This document shows positions 1 to 9,368 of a stretch of 40,371 bases of DNA, in pieces. The stretch lies in the IMG/VR virus record IMGVR_UViG_3300017700_000541, positions 1-40,371 of that record. One strand, written 5' to 3'. The notes beneath the pieces are model-generated. The model searched no databases, was not told the origin of the DNA, and saw only the letters and a program-made list of their open reading frames with translations. Both the position numbers and the translations under genes were made by a program. Position 1 is the stretch's first letter; the number at the start of each line of letters is the position of its first letter. The stretch is from a virus. Lineage: Duplodnaviria; Caudoviricetes.

Positions 1-123
1 GCGTGGCAGAAGGTCCAGAAGGGCGAGGAACTGGCGACGGACATCGAAGCCCGTATGCTCGGCAACTATGCCTCGGTCGTAGGTGATGCCTCGACCGCTG
101 CTGAATCGGCTGGCGCTCTGGCA
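1..123 (+). repeat. 123-bp terminal direct repeat (copy 1); circular-assembly overlap
   Basis: Identical to 40249-40371 and lies inside the capsid ORF. Confidence 0.95.
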
Positions 124-621
124 TGGCTGTCGTCCAACGTCTCTCGCGGTGCGGGCGGCTCCTCGGGCGGCTTTTCGGCTGGCATCGTGGCCGCTGCCAC
201 CAACGGCACCCAGCGGGCCTTCTCTGAAGCCCTGCTGAAGACCGTTCTGGCCTCGGCGTTCAACAACGGCGCGCGTCCCTCGCAAGCCTACATGAGCGCC
301 ACCCAAAAGCAGCAGTTCTCGGCCTTCACTGGCATCGCTGACATCCGCAAGGATGCTGGCAACGGTCAGGCCACCATCGTCGGCGCTGCGGACGTGTACG
401 TCTCGGATTTCGGTTCGATCTCGACGGTTCCGGTCCAGTACGGCCTGACCCGCGACGTGCTGCTGATCGACCCGGAGTATTGGGCGGTCGGCACCCTGCG
501 TCCGATGAAGGACGAAATGCTCGCCAAGGTCGGTGACGCGATGCCCTTCCAGATCATCGCTGAGAAAACTTTGGTGTGCCGAAACGAAAAAGCCTCGGCG
601 GTCATCGCTGACCTGACCTGA
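1..621 (+). CDS. Major capsid protein, C-terminal part (DUF5309/SU10-like); continues from 39919
   Basis: Frame is open from nt 1 and joins in frame to the ORF starting at 39919 (about 316 aa in total); follows the scaffold gene; followed by a terminator. Confidence 0.9.
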   Translation, partial: AWQKVQKGEELATDIEARMLGNYASVVGDASTAAESAGALAWLSSNVSRGAGGSSGGFSAGIVAAATNGTQRAFSEALLKTVLASAFNNGARPSQAYMSATQKQQFSAFTGIADIRKDAGNGQATIVGAADVYVSDFGSISTVPVQYGLTRDVLLIDPEYWAVGTLRPMKDEMLAKVGDAMPFQIIAEKTLVCRNEKASAVIADLT

Positions 622-629
622 TCGAACTG

Positions 630-657
630 AGGGGGTGGGGCAACTCACCCCCTTTTT
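630..657 (+). terminator. Rho-independent terminator after capsid gene
   Basis: AGGGGGTGGG-GCAA-CTCACCCCCT stem with GNRA loop, then TTTT. Confidence 0.85.
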
Positions 658-682
658 CCATTCACAACCGAAAGGGCCTGAT

Positions 683-946
683 GTGGCCAAATCCCAAGCA
701 GAATTTCGCGGCGCTAATGCCGGTGATGTTGCAATTGTAGATGACCCCATCGTTCGTGTGCGCGTGCTTGAAGCCGGGGACGGCAAGATCAGCACCGGCA
801 ACCACACCAACCGTGGCGGCGAGGAGCTTTACGAGTACGAAGACCAGTTCGATTGCCTCAAGAGCATCGCTGACGGCCTCCGCGCTCGCCACTATGTCGA
901 GATCGTCAAGAAAGCCGCTGACAAGCCTGCCGAGAAGGCTGCCTAA
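683..946 (+). CDS. Hypothetical virion-associated protein
   Basis: GTG at 683 with AAAGGG upstream; abuts next gene. Confidence 0.7.
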   Translation: MAKSQAEFRGANAGDVAIVDDPIVRVRVLEAGDGKISTGNHTNRGGEELYEYEDQFDCLKSIADGLRARHYVEIVKKAADKPAEKAA

Positions 947-1294
947 GTGAGCGGCTGGCGGTTCGGGCACCAGGATAAGGACGGCATCGTCAAGCACTGG
1001 CGTCCGGACGGCTCGGGCGGCATCGAGGTCAAAATCTCGCAGGACGTGGCCCCGCTTCTGGACCGCAACCGCGCGATGGCCAACCACAACGACGGATATA
1101 CCGACAGCCGGGAAATGCGCCGCGTGGCGTCTGTCCCGGCCATCGTCCGTCAAAAATGGCTGATCGAGGAGGGCTGGGACATGATGGACCCGTCCCACGC
1201 CGACAAGCTGGCCCGCAAGCTCAATGACCCTGACTGGGCCTATCTCCGCACGGCTCCGGGCCGTCTCGGCGTGTCGAATGGGGTGATGCGATGA
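947..1294 (+). CDS. Hypothetical head-module protein
   Basis: 115-aa ORF coupled to both neighbours (ATGA overlap downstream). Confidence 0.75.
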   Translation: MSGWRFGHQDKDGIVKHWRPDGSGGIEVKISQDVAPLLDRNRAMANHNDGYTDSREMRRVASVPAIVRQKWLIEEGWDMMDPSHADKLARKLNDPDWAYLRTAPGRLGVSNGVMR

Positions 1295-1875
1295 GCCTCG
1301 ACACATACATCGGCCTGAAGGCCTCGATTGCCTCCACTCTCAATAAGACGAACCTGACCGCGTCTATCCCTGACTTCATCACCTTGGCCGAAGCCGTGAT
1401 GGCTCGGGAGATCACCTCCATCGGTCGGGTGGACAACTACGCCGACGTTGAGATTGACGAAGACGGCTGGCGGCTTCCGTGCAGCGCCGATGAAATCGCC
1501 TCGGTAACCTATGCCGGAAACCCGCTGACGTACCTGTCCCCGGATCGGGTGGGCGAGGTCGTCAGCACCAATCCGGGTTTCTACACGGTGGACGGCCAGG
1601 TTCTCCGGCTGGCCCCTACCGGCACGGTGACGATCAGGCTGACCAAGAGCTTCTGCCCGCTGTCGGCCTCGGTGCCGTATAACTGGCTGCTGCGTGAGCA
1701 TCCCGACGTGTATCTCTACGGCGCATTGCTTCAGGCCGCGCCGTTCCTGCGTGATGACGAGCGCATCCCGGTGTGGCGGTCGTTCTTCATCGAAGCAATC
1801 AACAGCATCAATCAGCGCGAGATCAGACGCCAGATCGGCGGCGTTCTGCGTGTGCAATCCGGGCCGACACCATGA
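1291..1875 (+). CDS. Head-tail adaptor (tail tubular A-like)
   Basis: IPDFITLAEA and NWLL..HPDVYLYGALLQAAPFL.DDERI motifs typical of podophage adaptors; position after capsid. Confidence 0.75.
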   Translation: MSLDTYIGLKASIASTLNKTNLTASIPDFITLAEAVMAREITSIGRVDNYADVEIDEDGWRLPCSADEIASVTYAGNPLTYLSPDRVGEVVSTNPGFYTVDGQVLRLAPTGTVTIRLTKSFCPLSASVPYNWLLREHPDVYLYGALLQAAPFLRDDERIPVWRSFFIEAINSINQREIRRQIGGVLRVQSGPTP

Positions 1876-2486
1876 CCGCTATCACCTACACGGGCGCAAC
1901 CCCCACGGTTGGCGCTGACGAAGACACATGGGGCACTGAACTCAACGTCTCGCTGGGCCAGATTGCTGCTGACCTGTCGATGCTCAACACGACGCCGACC
2001 GCGACCATTATGGGCCGCACCACGGCCTCGACGGGTGAGGTTGAGCGGCTTACTGCGACGCAGGCCACCGCGCTGCTTAACCCTGTTGGTGGCGATTCAG
2101 GCTCGGGCGGCGTCAAGGGCCTAGCTCCGGCTACGGTGGCGGGTGACAAGCGTAAGGTTCTGACCGGCGCGGGGACGTGGCAGGCGGGCTACGGTCGGGC
2201 GTTCGGATGCGTCATCACGTCAACCAGCGTGAACGGCTCCCAACCGACGCTGGCCGGAACTATGAACGTTGCCAGTATCTCGACGGTGACAGAAAGTGCG
2301 GGGGTGGCGGCGGCGACGCTGACCTTTACCGACGCGATGCCATCGACGGGATATGCGATAAACCTCACGAATGGGGGCGGCGTCTCGACCGCGTATGCAC
2401 AGTATGACACGAAGACGACCACAACGGTTCGTCTGCTGTGGAACACGGCAAACCCCACTGAAATCAGCGTTTCCGGCTTTATCTGA
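1872..2486 (+). CDS. Short tail fibre/virion protein
   Basis: ATG at 1872; N-terminal PTVGADEDTWGTELN anchor-like motif; T/G/A-rich. Confidence 0.65.
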   Translation: MTAITYTGATPTVGADEDTWGTELNVSLGQIAADLSMLNTTPTATIMGRTTASTGEVERLTATQATALLNPVGGDSGSGGVKGLAPATVAGDKRKVLTGAGTWQAGYGRAFGCVITSTSVNGSQPTLAGTMNVASISTVTESAGVAAATLTFTDAMPSTGYAINLTNGGGVSTAYAQYDTKTTTTVRLLWNTANPTEISVSGFI

Positions 2487-3952
2487 TGGGCCTTATCACG
2501 CTGGACATCCCTCCGGGGGTCTATCGTAACGGAACGCGGTATCAGGCCTCGGGTCGCTTCTACGACGCGGACCTGTGGCGCTGGCATGAAGGCACGGCCC
2601 GCCCCGTTGGCGGTTGGGTCGCGCGTTCGTCGTCCGCACTGTCTGGCAAGGCCCGCTGCGCTATTACTTGGGTCAGCAACTCCAACGCGGCATGGACTGG
2701 CGTAGGCACCCACTCCAAGCTCTACGCCGTGTCGCGCTCGGGTTCGGTCAACGACATCACGCCGGTCGGCTACACGGTCGGACTTGCGGATGCGGTCTAT
2801 GGCGGCGGCTATGGTGAGGGGCTGTACGGTCGCGGGCTTTACGGAACGCCGCGCCTCGGCTCGACCAACATCATCCCGGCGACGGTGTGGGCGCTGGATA
2901 CCTGGGGCGAGTATCTGGTCGGCACCGCAGGCTCGACCATCTACGAATGGCAACTAAACGCCTCCACCGTCGCCGCGCCTATCTCCGGCGCTCCGACTGC
3001 CGAGTCGATCTTTGTCACCGCTGAGCGCATCATGGTCGCCCTTGGGTCGGACGAAGACCCCCGCGCGGTCGATTGGTGCGATGCGGAGGACAACACCGAT
3101 TGGACGCCCTCCTCCACCAACCTTGCGGGCGGCAAGCGGCTCCAGACGAACGGCTCGCTTCAGAGCGGGCACCGGGTGCGCGGCGGGAACCTGATCTTCA
3201 CCGACGTTGACGTGTACTTTATGAAGTACGAGGGCCTGCCCTTCGTCTATTCGTTCGACCAGCTTGCCACGGGCTGCGGGGTCATCTCCAAGAACTGCGT
3301 CGCGACCGTTGACGACAAAGCCTATTGGATGGGCACCAACGGCTTCTGGACCTACAACGGCTACGTTGACGACCTCCCTTGCGAGGTGTCGGACTATGTC
3401 TTCTCCGACATCAACACGGTTCAGATTTCCAAGGTTTCGGCGTGGCACAACTCGCTCTGGGGCGAGGTCTGGTGGCACTATCCCTCGGCGGCTAGCGAAG
3501 AGTGCGACCGCTATGTGTTCTACAACTACCACGAAAACCATTGGGGCATTGGCACCCTTGCCCGGCTCTGTGGCGTTGACCGGGAAGTCCTGCAATTCCC
3601 CCAACTCGTCGGCGCGAACGGCTACGTCTATTCGCACGAAACCGGAGACCTGAAGGACGCTCGCCAGCCGTTCGCCACGTCAGGCCCGGTTGAGCTTGGC
3701 CAAGGCGACACGACGATGGAGGTTCATGCCTACATCCCCGACGAAAACACCTTGGGGAGCATCGCGGCGTCATTCTCGGTGCGTGATTACCCGCTGGACA
3801 CGCCGGTCTCGGTGGCGGCGGTGGATGCGGCGACGAAGACCGATCTGCGCTTCTCCGGTCGCATGGTGTCGGTGACCTACACGGGCGACGCTGACGTGGA
3901 TTTCCGGCTCGGCAAGCCACGGTTTGACGTGAAGAGAGGGAGCGGACGATGA
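2486..3952 (+). CDS. Tail nozzle / packaged-DNA stabilisation protein (P22 gp10-like)
   Basis: 488 aa, beta/aromatic-rich; position between adaptor and ejection genes. Confidence 0.7.
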   Translation: MGLITLDIPPGVYRNGTRYQASGRFYDADLWRWHEGTARPVGGWVARSSSALSGKARCAITWVSNSNAAWTGVGTHSKLYAVSRSGSVNDITPVGYTVGLADAVYGGGYGEGLYGRGLYGTPRLGSTNIIPATVWALDTWGEYLVGTAGSTIYEWQLNASTVAAPISGAPTAESIFVTAERIMVALGSDEDPRAVDWCDAEDNTDWTPSSTNLAGGKRLQTNGSLQSGHRVRGGNLIFTDVDVYFMKYEGLPFVYSFDQLATGCGVISKNCVATVDDKAYWMGTNGFWTYNGYVDDLPCEVSDYVFSDINTVQISKVSAWHNSLWGEVWWHYPSAASEECDRYVFYNYHENHWGIGTLARLCGVDREVLQFPQLVGANGYVYSHETGDLKDARQPFATSGPVELGQGDTTMEVHAYIPDENTLGSIAASFSVRDYPLDTPVSVAAVDAATKTDLRFSGRMVSVTYTGDADVDFRLGKPRFDVKRGSGR

Positions 3953-4158
3953 GCCTTCCGCGAGCACCAGGTGCCTACTCGAAAGACGATCAGGACCGCT
4001 TCCGCAAGACGCTCGATCAACGCGACACCGAAAACCGCAAGAAGCAGCAGGACGTGGAGGTCGCCGGGACTGAGCGGCTGATCCTTTCGTCCCCCAACGG
4101 CTCGCGGTTCAACGTCGTGGTGTCGAACGCGGGCGCATTGTCGGCGGTGGCGCTGTGA
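3949..4158 (+). CDS. Small tail-associated protein
   Basis: 69 aa, ATGA-coupled to the nozzle gene. Confidence 0.65.
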   Translation: MSLPRAPGAYSKDDQDRFRKTLDQRDTENRKKQQDVEVAGTERLILSSPNGSRFNVVVSNAGALSAVAL

Positions 4159-4349
4159 GGATCGCCGTGGATGCCATTCCTGAGGGCGTGGAGGCCGAAG
4201 TCATCGGAAACCGGGCGCTGGTGAGCTACGGCGACCCAGAAGCGCCTACGGTCGTCTCTGTGGCCGTGGATGAGGGCGGCCTGATCCTGTTTCCCGACCG
4301 TTCGTACAAGCATAGCGATCTGGCGAAGGCTCTTGGACTCGAAAGTTAG
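4155..4349 (+). CDS. Hypothetical protein
   Basis: 64 aa, GTGA-coupled. Confidence 0.55.
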   Translation: MRIAVDAIPEGVEAEVIGNRALVSYGDPEAPTVVSVAVDEGGLILFPDRSYKHSDLAKALGLES

Positions 4350-4677
4350 GGGCTGGATCGCCTCGGCCCTCGACGGGTCGGGGTGGACGCCGGACGAAAT
4401 TTGGCAAGGCGTTCAAACCGGGATTTTCCACCTGTTCATGCACGAAGAAGGCTGCATGGTCGGGGAGTTCATCACGTCACCGCGCCACAAGGTGATGCAC
4501 ATCTTTGCAGCGGGCGGAACGCTCAAAGCGATGTCCGAACTTGGCCCGGTGATCGAGGCGTTCGGACGACAACACGGCTGTGATTACGCGGCGGCGACGG
4601 GCCGCAAAGGCTGGCAACGGTACGCGCTTCGGCACGGCTACCGACTGCCCGACCCTGCTATCGAAAAGGAACTGTGA
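4333..4677 (+). CDS. GNAT-fold-like virion assembly protein
   Basis: HIFAAGG and GC......GRKGW motif; precedes the ejection genes as in other podophages. Confidence 0.55.
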   Translation: MDSKVRGWIASALDGSGWTPDEIWQGVQTGIFHLFMHEEGCMVGEFITSPRHKVMHIFAAGGTLKAMSELGPVIEAFGRQHGCDYAAATGRKGWQRYALRHGYRLPDPAIEKEL

Positions 4678-4681
4678 GACA

Positions 4682-5272
4682 ATGGCAATCACTGGCGGCG
4701 CGAGCAAGGAAAAGTCGAGGGGGTCGTCTAACCAGAGCTTCAACCAGAACGCTTCGACCAGCCTGTCTCAACGGTCGTGGGATATGCTGTCGAACCGCAT
4801 GGGCGAGCTTGGCGGGCAGCGATACCAGGCGCTCGGTGCCAACGACTACCAGACCTACATGAACCCTTATCAGCAGGAGGTCATCAACGCGACCACGGCT
4901 GACATCAACGCCAACCGCGACCTTGCCGCCAATCAGCAACGGTCGGACATCGCGGGCGCTGGCGCGTTCGGGGACAAGCGGCGCGGCATCGCGGAAGCTG
5001 AACTGGCGGGTCAGTACGACCGGACGCTGGCGACCACCCTTGGCGGGCTTCGTTCGCGCGGCTTCTCGGAGGCTCAAGGCGTGGCGCAAAACGAGAACGC
5101 CAACCGCAACCAGTTCGACGCCAACACGCAAGCCCAGATCAATCAGCTTCTCGCCCTGCTCGGCCAAGAGACTGTGACGAATACGCAAGGCAACTCGCAA
5201 GGCCAGACGCGCGGAACAACCACGGGAATGAATATGGGCTTCTCTTGGAGTCCCTCTGGAGGGTTTGGTTGA
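4682..5272 (+). CDS. DNA ejection / internal virion protein 1
   Basis: ATG at 4682; G/S/Q/N-rich; YMNPYQQEVI and GAGAFG motifs. Confidence 0.7.
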   Translation: MAITGGASKEKSRGSSNQSFNQNASTSLSQRSWDMLSNRMGELGGQRYQALGANDYQTYMNPYQQEVINATTADINANRDLAANQQRSDIAGAGAFGDKRRGIAEAELAGQYDRTLATTLGGLRSRGFSEAQGVAQNENANRNQFDANTQAQINQLLALLGQETVTNTQGNSQGQTRGTTTGMNMGFSWSPSGGFG

Positions 5273-6510
5273 TGGGCTTGCTTGATACCGGCCAATACGT
5301 CCGACCCGGACAATACCAGCGGCCCAGCCTTCTGGACCCGAACGTGATGAACCTAATCCAGTCGGGCGGGCCTCGCGTTGCCCCGGCTCCTGCCGCTGCG
5401 CCGGTTCAACCCGCTCGTCGGGGACCGGGCTTCCTGACCTACCTCATGGAAGGCCGGGAAGGCATGGACCGTGAGCGCGCCCGCCTTGAGGCGGAGGCTA
5501 ACCGTCCGCAGATGGAGGCTCGCCGCGCTCGACTGCGCCAAGCGGCTGAAGCGATGGGTCCGGCTGCCATGCTGGCCTTCGACCTGAACCCGGAGAAGTT
5601 TGGCGAGAACCTGGCCGAACAATACTCCCCGCAGGTCATTGCGGCGGGCGGCATCCAATCGGTGATCGGCAACGGCCAGCGGGTGTCTGCGCCGCAGGTG
5701 ACGCAGTTCGGGGATAGCCTTGTCCGAACGGACCCGCTCCGCCCACAGCCGGAAACGCTGATGCAGCGCGGCCCGACGTTCCAAGAGCAAACGGCCCGCC
5801 TGACGGCAACCAGTCCGGTCAATGTGGCTCCCGGAAACGTGCTGATCGACCCGCAAACGGGCGAGCAGCGCGGACAGGGTGCGCCGCGCATTCTCTCGGC
5901 TGGCGAGGGCGTCGATCTGGTCAGCGAAAGAGGCGGCGTTCCAATCTATCAGAACGCGCCTCCTCCCCGTGCGCCTGTCGCTCCGACCGCTGCCAACGTC
6001 GAACTGCAAGGCCAGCTTAGCGCGCTCGACACCGACGTTGACCCGGTCCTGAACGAAATGGTCTCGATGCTCGACTCCGGCGATGTCATCACCGGGCTAG
6101 GTGCCGATCAACGCCTTCTGGCCGCTCGCGCTGCTGCCGCCGTTGGCAATCAGGACGCGCGCCGTCAGGTCGCCGCGACGGAGCGTTATCTCAACATGGC
6201 TGGTCGTCTGCGTGTCGGCATGGCGAAATCCCTTGGCGCAAACCCGTCGAACGCTGACCTCTTGGTCCTTCAGAGCGTCACGGCTGGCGACCTCGGCCAA
6301 TCGGCTGGAGGCTTGCGGGCGACGCTGCAAGACGGTCAGGCGCTCTCTCAGCGTCAACGCTCCGCGCTTCGGTCGCGAGTTGCTCCGGCTCAGTCCGCTC
6401 CGGTTAATATGCCAACGCCCGGCAACCGTCTGTCGCCGCAGGAAGCCGCCGCGCTGCCCCCCGGTACGCGCTTTATCGGCATGGACGGGATTGAGAGGGT
6501 TCGCCAGTGA
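5272..6510 (+). CDS. DNA ejection / internal virion protein 2
   Basis: ATG at 5272 (TGATG); starts MGLL; A/P/Q-rich. Confidence 0.65.
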   Translation: MGLLDTGQYVRPGQYQRPSLLDPNVMNLIQSGGPRVAPAPAAAPVQPARRGPGFLTYLMEGREGMDRERARLEAEANRPQMEARRARLRQAAEAMGPAAMLAFDLNPEKFGENLAEQYSPQVIAAGGIQSVIGNGQRVSAPQVTQFGDSLVRTDPLRPQPETLMQRGPTFQEQTARLTATSPVNVAPGNVLIDPQTGEQRGQGAPRILSAGEGVDLVSERGGVPIYQNAPPPRAPVAPTAANVELQGQLSALDTDVDPVLNEMVSMLDSGDVITGLGADQRLLAARAAAAVGNQDARRQVAATERYLNMAGRLRVGMAKSLGANPSNADLLVLQSVTAGDLGQSAGGLRATLQDGQALSQRQRSALRSRVAPAQSAPVNMPTPGNRLSPQEAAALPPGTRFIGMDGIERVRQ

Positions 6511-8882
6511 TGCAGCAAGACCCCTATGCGTCGATTGCCCGTCCGGTGGGTCAGGCTGACCCCTATGCGGGCATTGCCGCTCCGGTCGCCCCTGCTCCCG
6601 CTCCAGCCCGTCAAGCGGCCCCCGCTCGCCCGCAGGCCGCACCGCGCGTTCCTGCGTCTGGCATGGCCCCTGCGCCGCTCAACTCCCTCGGCATTACCGA
6701 TGAGGAAGAGCTTGCCGCTCTGACGGCGCAGTACGGCTCGCGCGAAGAGGCGATGGAGTATCAGCGCCAGCGGATGGCGGCTGATCCTAACTACGACCCC
6801 GGAATGGCTCCGGCGCAACCAGCCTTGGAACGCGCCGATGCCGTCGATGAGTGGTTCATGCGGCGGGATGCGACCCGTGCGGCGGGTGCCCCTGTCCAGC
6901 CGCTTGCTGGCGTGGATAACGAACAAATCCGCGCCAATGCAGAGCGGGCTTTTGCCGCTCCGCAGTCTGGGGGAACCCTTCAGTTCCAGCCTTGGCTGGG
7001 ACGCGAGCCGCGTTTTGCTGAAGGCCCTCCGTCCGAAACCTCAATGGGGCCAGACGGCATCACAGAGGTTAACGTCAACCGCGCCAGTATTCTGGAGCGG
7101 GGCAACGGGCAGTTTGAAATTTATGACCCCGACTCCGACGCCTATTATCCGGCGACCCAAGCCGATGTGGACGCTTACCAGCGCCAACTAGCCGGGGACC
7201 GCAAGGGCCGCATGGCGCGCCTTGAGCGCGAGGCTGACCCGAAGTACCAGGCCGAATACGCCGCCGCCCTGCAAGGCGCTGAGAACGTCCCCGCGTGGGT
7301 GGCGAATATGTCTCAAGGGCAAACGCTAGGCGGTCTTCCGTATCTGGTCGGCGCGTCCAACTGGCTGTCTCCGATGACAAGCGGGATTGACCGGGGGCTT
7401 GCCTCGCAGGCGGGCCGCGATGCGTTCCGTGACCAACTCGACGCCCTGATGGCAAAAGACCCGGCTGGGTCTGTCGGTATGCAGATGGTCGGGGGGCTTC
7501 TCACGCCCGGCGTCAGAGGAACGGGCGACTGGATCGGAAGCGCATCTGGCGCGGCGCGTGGTGGTCGCGCGGCTGTCGTTGGTGGCGGCTACGGGCTTTT
7601 GTCCGGCGCGCTGAACACTGAGGGTGGGCTTGCCGAGAAGGCACAGGGCGCGGCCATCGGTGCTGGCGTCGGAGCCGCCACGGCTGGCCTGCTCGACCTT
7701 GGAGCGCAAAGGGCAGGCCAAGCGGTTGCTAACGCTGGGCCTGTTCGCCAACTCTCGCGGGCTGGCGTGAATATGACGCCGGGGCAACTGCTGAGCGGCG
7801 TCCCCATTCTCGGGCGGATCGCGAGGACGCTTGAGCAAGGCGCGGCCTCTATCCCGTTTGTTGGCGCGGTGCCCGCGTCTGCTGAACGCGAGAGCGTCAG
7901 GAGCTTCGGTCGCGCGGCCATCAATCAGGTTCTCGACATCATTGGCGAGCGTCTGCCCAAGGGCGTGTCGGGCCGGGAGGCCATTCGGGCCGGAGACGAC
8001 CTTATCTCTGGCCGTTACAAGGCCGACCTGAACCCGGTTACCATCATGCCGGACCCGCAGATCAACGCCCGCGTTCAAGCGGCCATCAACCCGCGCAATA
8101 TGTCGGCGGCGGCTCGGGAGCGCCTGAGCGATTCAGCACAAGACGTGGTCACGCGGCTGCAAGGGCCGATCACTGGTCAAGAGTGGAAGCAACTGGACTC
8201 GGAGCTTTCCGCCGCGATCAATAGCGCCGCAAATGGTGGGCCTGCTGATCGTCCGCTTGCCCAAGGGCTGCGCGAGCTTCGCGTCGTGTTGGGGGATGCG
8301 CTTGAACAGGCATCACCTGGAACGCTGGCCCGCGTCCGTCAAACTGATGATGCGTTCGGCAATTTCCAACTCATCCGCAGGGCCGCAAGCAATCCGACGA
8401 CGGGCCGCAATGACGGACTGTTCACGGCTTCAAACCTGAACAGCGTCTTGGCTCGCTCTGAGGGGCGCTCCTACGGTCGCGGAGAGGCCCGCCTGCAAAA
8501 CCTGACTGACCCGGCTGAAGGCGTCATGGCCGGAACGCTGCCTAACAGCGGTTCGGCTGAGCGCCTTGCGACGATTGGCTTGGCGTCCGGCGCGGCTGGA
8601 ACTGGAGCGGTGGTCAACCCCGCCGTTGCCATCCCGACCATTCTGGGCGTGTCGGCGGTCTACTCTAAGCCCGCGCAACTGCTGATAAACACTATCTATC
8701 GCGCCACGGACCGCTTGAGCGCGGGTCAGGCGCTTGCGGAGCTTCAACGTTTTGCGGGTCGAAACCCGGCCCTTCAGTCTTACTACCAAGACGCCGTTCG
8801 GCACGTTCAAGCCTCGTTTGGAGGTCCAGAACAAGAGCAAACGCCAGCAGCAGCAGGGCTGCTATCCCCCACCGGCCCATAA
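6507..8882 (+). CDS. Large DNA ejection protein 3
   Basis: 791 aa; N-terminal DPY repeats; Gly/Ala-rich hydrophobic segments; last gene of the ejection trio. Confidence 0.7.
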   Translation: MMQQDPYASIARPVGQADPYAGIAAPVAPAPAPARQAAPARPQAAPRVPASGMAPAPLNSLGITDEEELAALTAQYGSREEAMEYQRQRMAADPNYDPGMAPAQPALERADAVDEWFMRRDATRAAGAPVQPLAGVDNEQIRANAERAFAAPQSGGTLQFQPWLGREPRFAEGPPSETSMGPDGITEVNVNRASILERGNGQFEIYDPDSDAYYPATQADVDAYQRQLAGDRKGRMARLEREADPKYQAEYAAALQGAENVPAWVANMSQGQTLGGLPYLVGASNWLSPMTSGIDRGLASQAGRDAFRDQLDALMAKDPAGSVGMQMVGGLLTPGVRGTGDWIGSASGAARGGRAAVVGGGYGLLSGALNTEGGLAEKAQGAAIGAGVGAATAGLLDLGAQRAGQAVANAGPVRQLSRAGVNMTPGQLLSGVPILGRIARTLEQGAASIPFVGAVPASAERESVRSFGRAAINQVLDIIGERLPKGVSGREAIRAGDDLISGRYKADLNPVTIMPDPQINARVQAAINPRNMSAAARERLSDSAQDVVTRLQGPITGQEWKQLDSELSAAINSAANGGPADRPLAQGLRELRVVLGDALEQASPGTLARVRQTDDAFGNFQLIRRAASNPTTGRNDGLFTASNLNSVLARSEGRSYGRGEARLQNLTDPAEGVMAGTLPNSGSAERLATIGLASGAAGTGAVVNPAVAIPTILGVSAVYSKPAQLLINTIYRATDRLSAGQALAELQRFAGRNPALQSYYQDAVRHVQASFGGPEQEQTPAAAGLLSPTGP

Positions 8883-8928
8883 ACGGCAAGCCGATCACGG
8901 CGATAACGATAACGGCGGCTCTCCACAT
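8692..8928 (-). CDS. Antisense small membrane protein (possible superinfection exclusion)
   Basis: Starts in the intergenic gap after a G-rich RBS; hydrophobic N-terminal half; overlaps the 3' end of the ejection gene. Confidence 0.4.
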   Translation of the reverse strand: MWRAAVIVIAVIGLPFMGRWGIAALLLLAFALVLDLQTRLERAERRLGSKTEGPGFDPQNVEAPQAPDPRSSGPWRDR

Positions 8929-8947
8929 CCCCCCACCCTACCACAAC

Positions 8948-8972
8948 GGCGTTCCTTCGGGAGCGCCTTTTT
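8948..8972 (+). terminator. Rho-independent terminator
   Basis: GGCGTTCC-TTCG-GGAGCGCC-TTTTT. Confidence 0.85.
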
Positions 8973-8984
8973 CTATGGGCGCAC

Positions 8985-9368
8985 ATGACCTGTACCGACC
9001 TCGGCTTTGACGACTACGGAAACCTCCGGGTCAACAAGTCCGCCGACACCGAAGAGACCTTCGTGTTCCCGTCGTCCTACGACTTCACCGGCTACACGGG
9101 CGACCTCCAAATCCGCGCGACGGAGGGGGCCGCGTCGTCGCTCCTTACAGTCACGGAAGTTGCCACGGTCAACGGGTCGATCATCACCTTTGACGGCGCG
9201 GTCATCACGCTCCTGCTCAAGAGGGCGGACCTCACCACCCTGCCAAACGCGACGGACACGGATGACCCTTATGAGGGCGTCTATCAGTGGGTCAACACCG
9301 ACGCTGACGGGCTTGTGACGCAGTTCCTCGCCGGAGCCTTGATTGCCGAAAAGGGGGTTGTCCGATGA
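8985..9368 (+). CDS. Tailspike anchor / Ig-like virion protein
   Basis: 127 aa; YDFTGYTG.LQIR motif; ATGA-coupled to the tailspike gene. Confidence 0.6.
   Translation: MTCTDLGFDDYGNLRVNKSADTEETFVFPSSYDFTGYTGDLQIRATEGAASSLLTVTEVATVNGSIITFDGAVITLLLKRADLTTLPNATDTDDPYEGVYQWVNTDADGLVTQFLAGALIAEKGVVR

Noticed and set aside
1-123. Terminal repeat as a biological DTR
   Set aside because: It falls in the middle of the capsid gene and the terminase looks headful-type, so it is best explained as a circular assembly overlap
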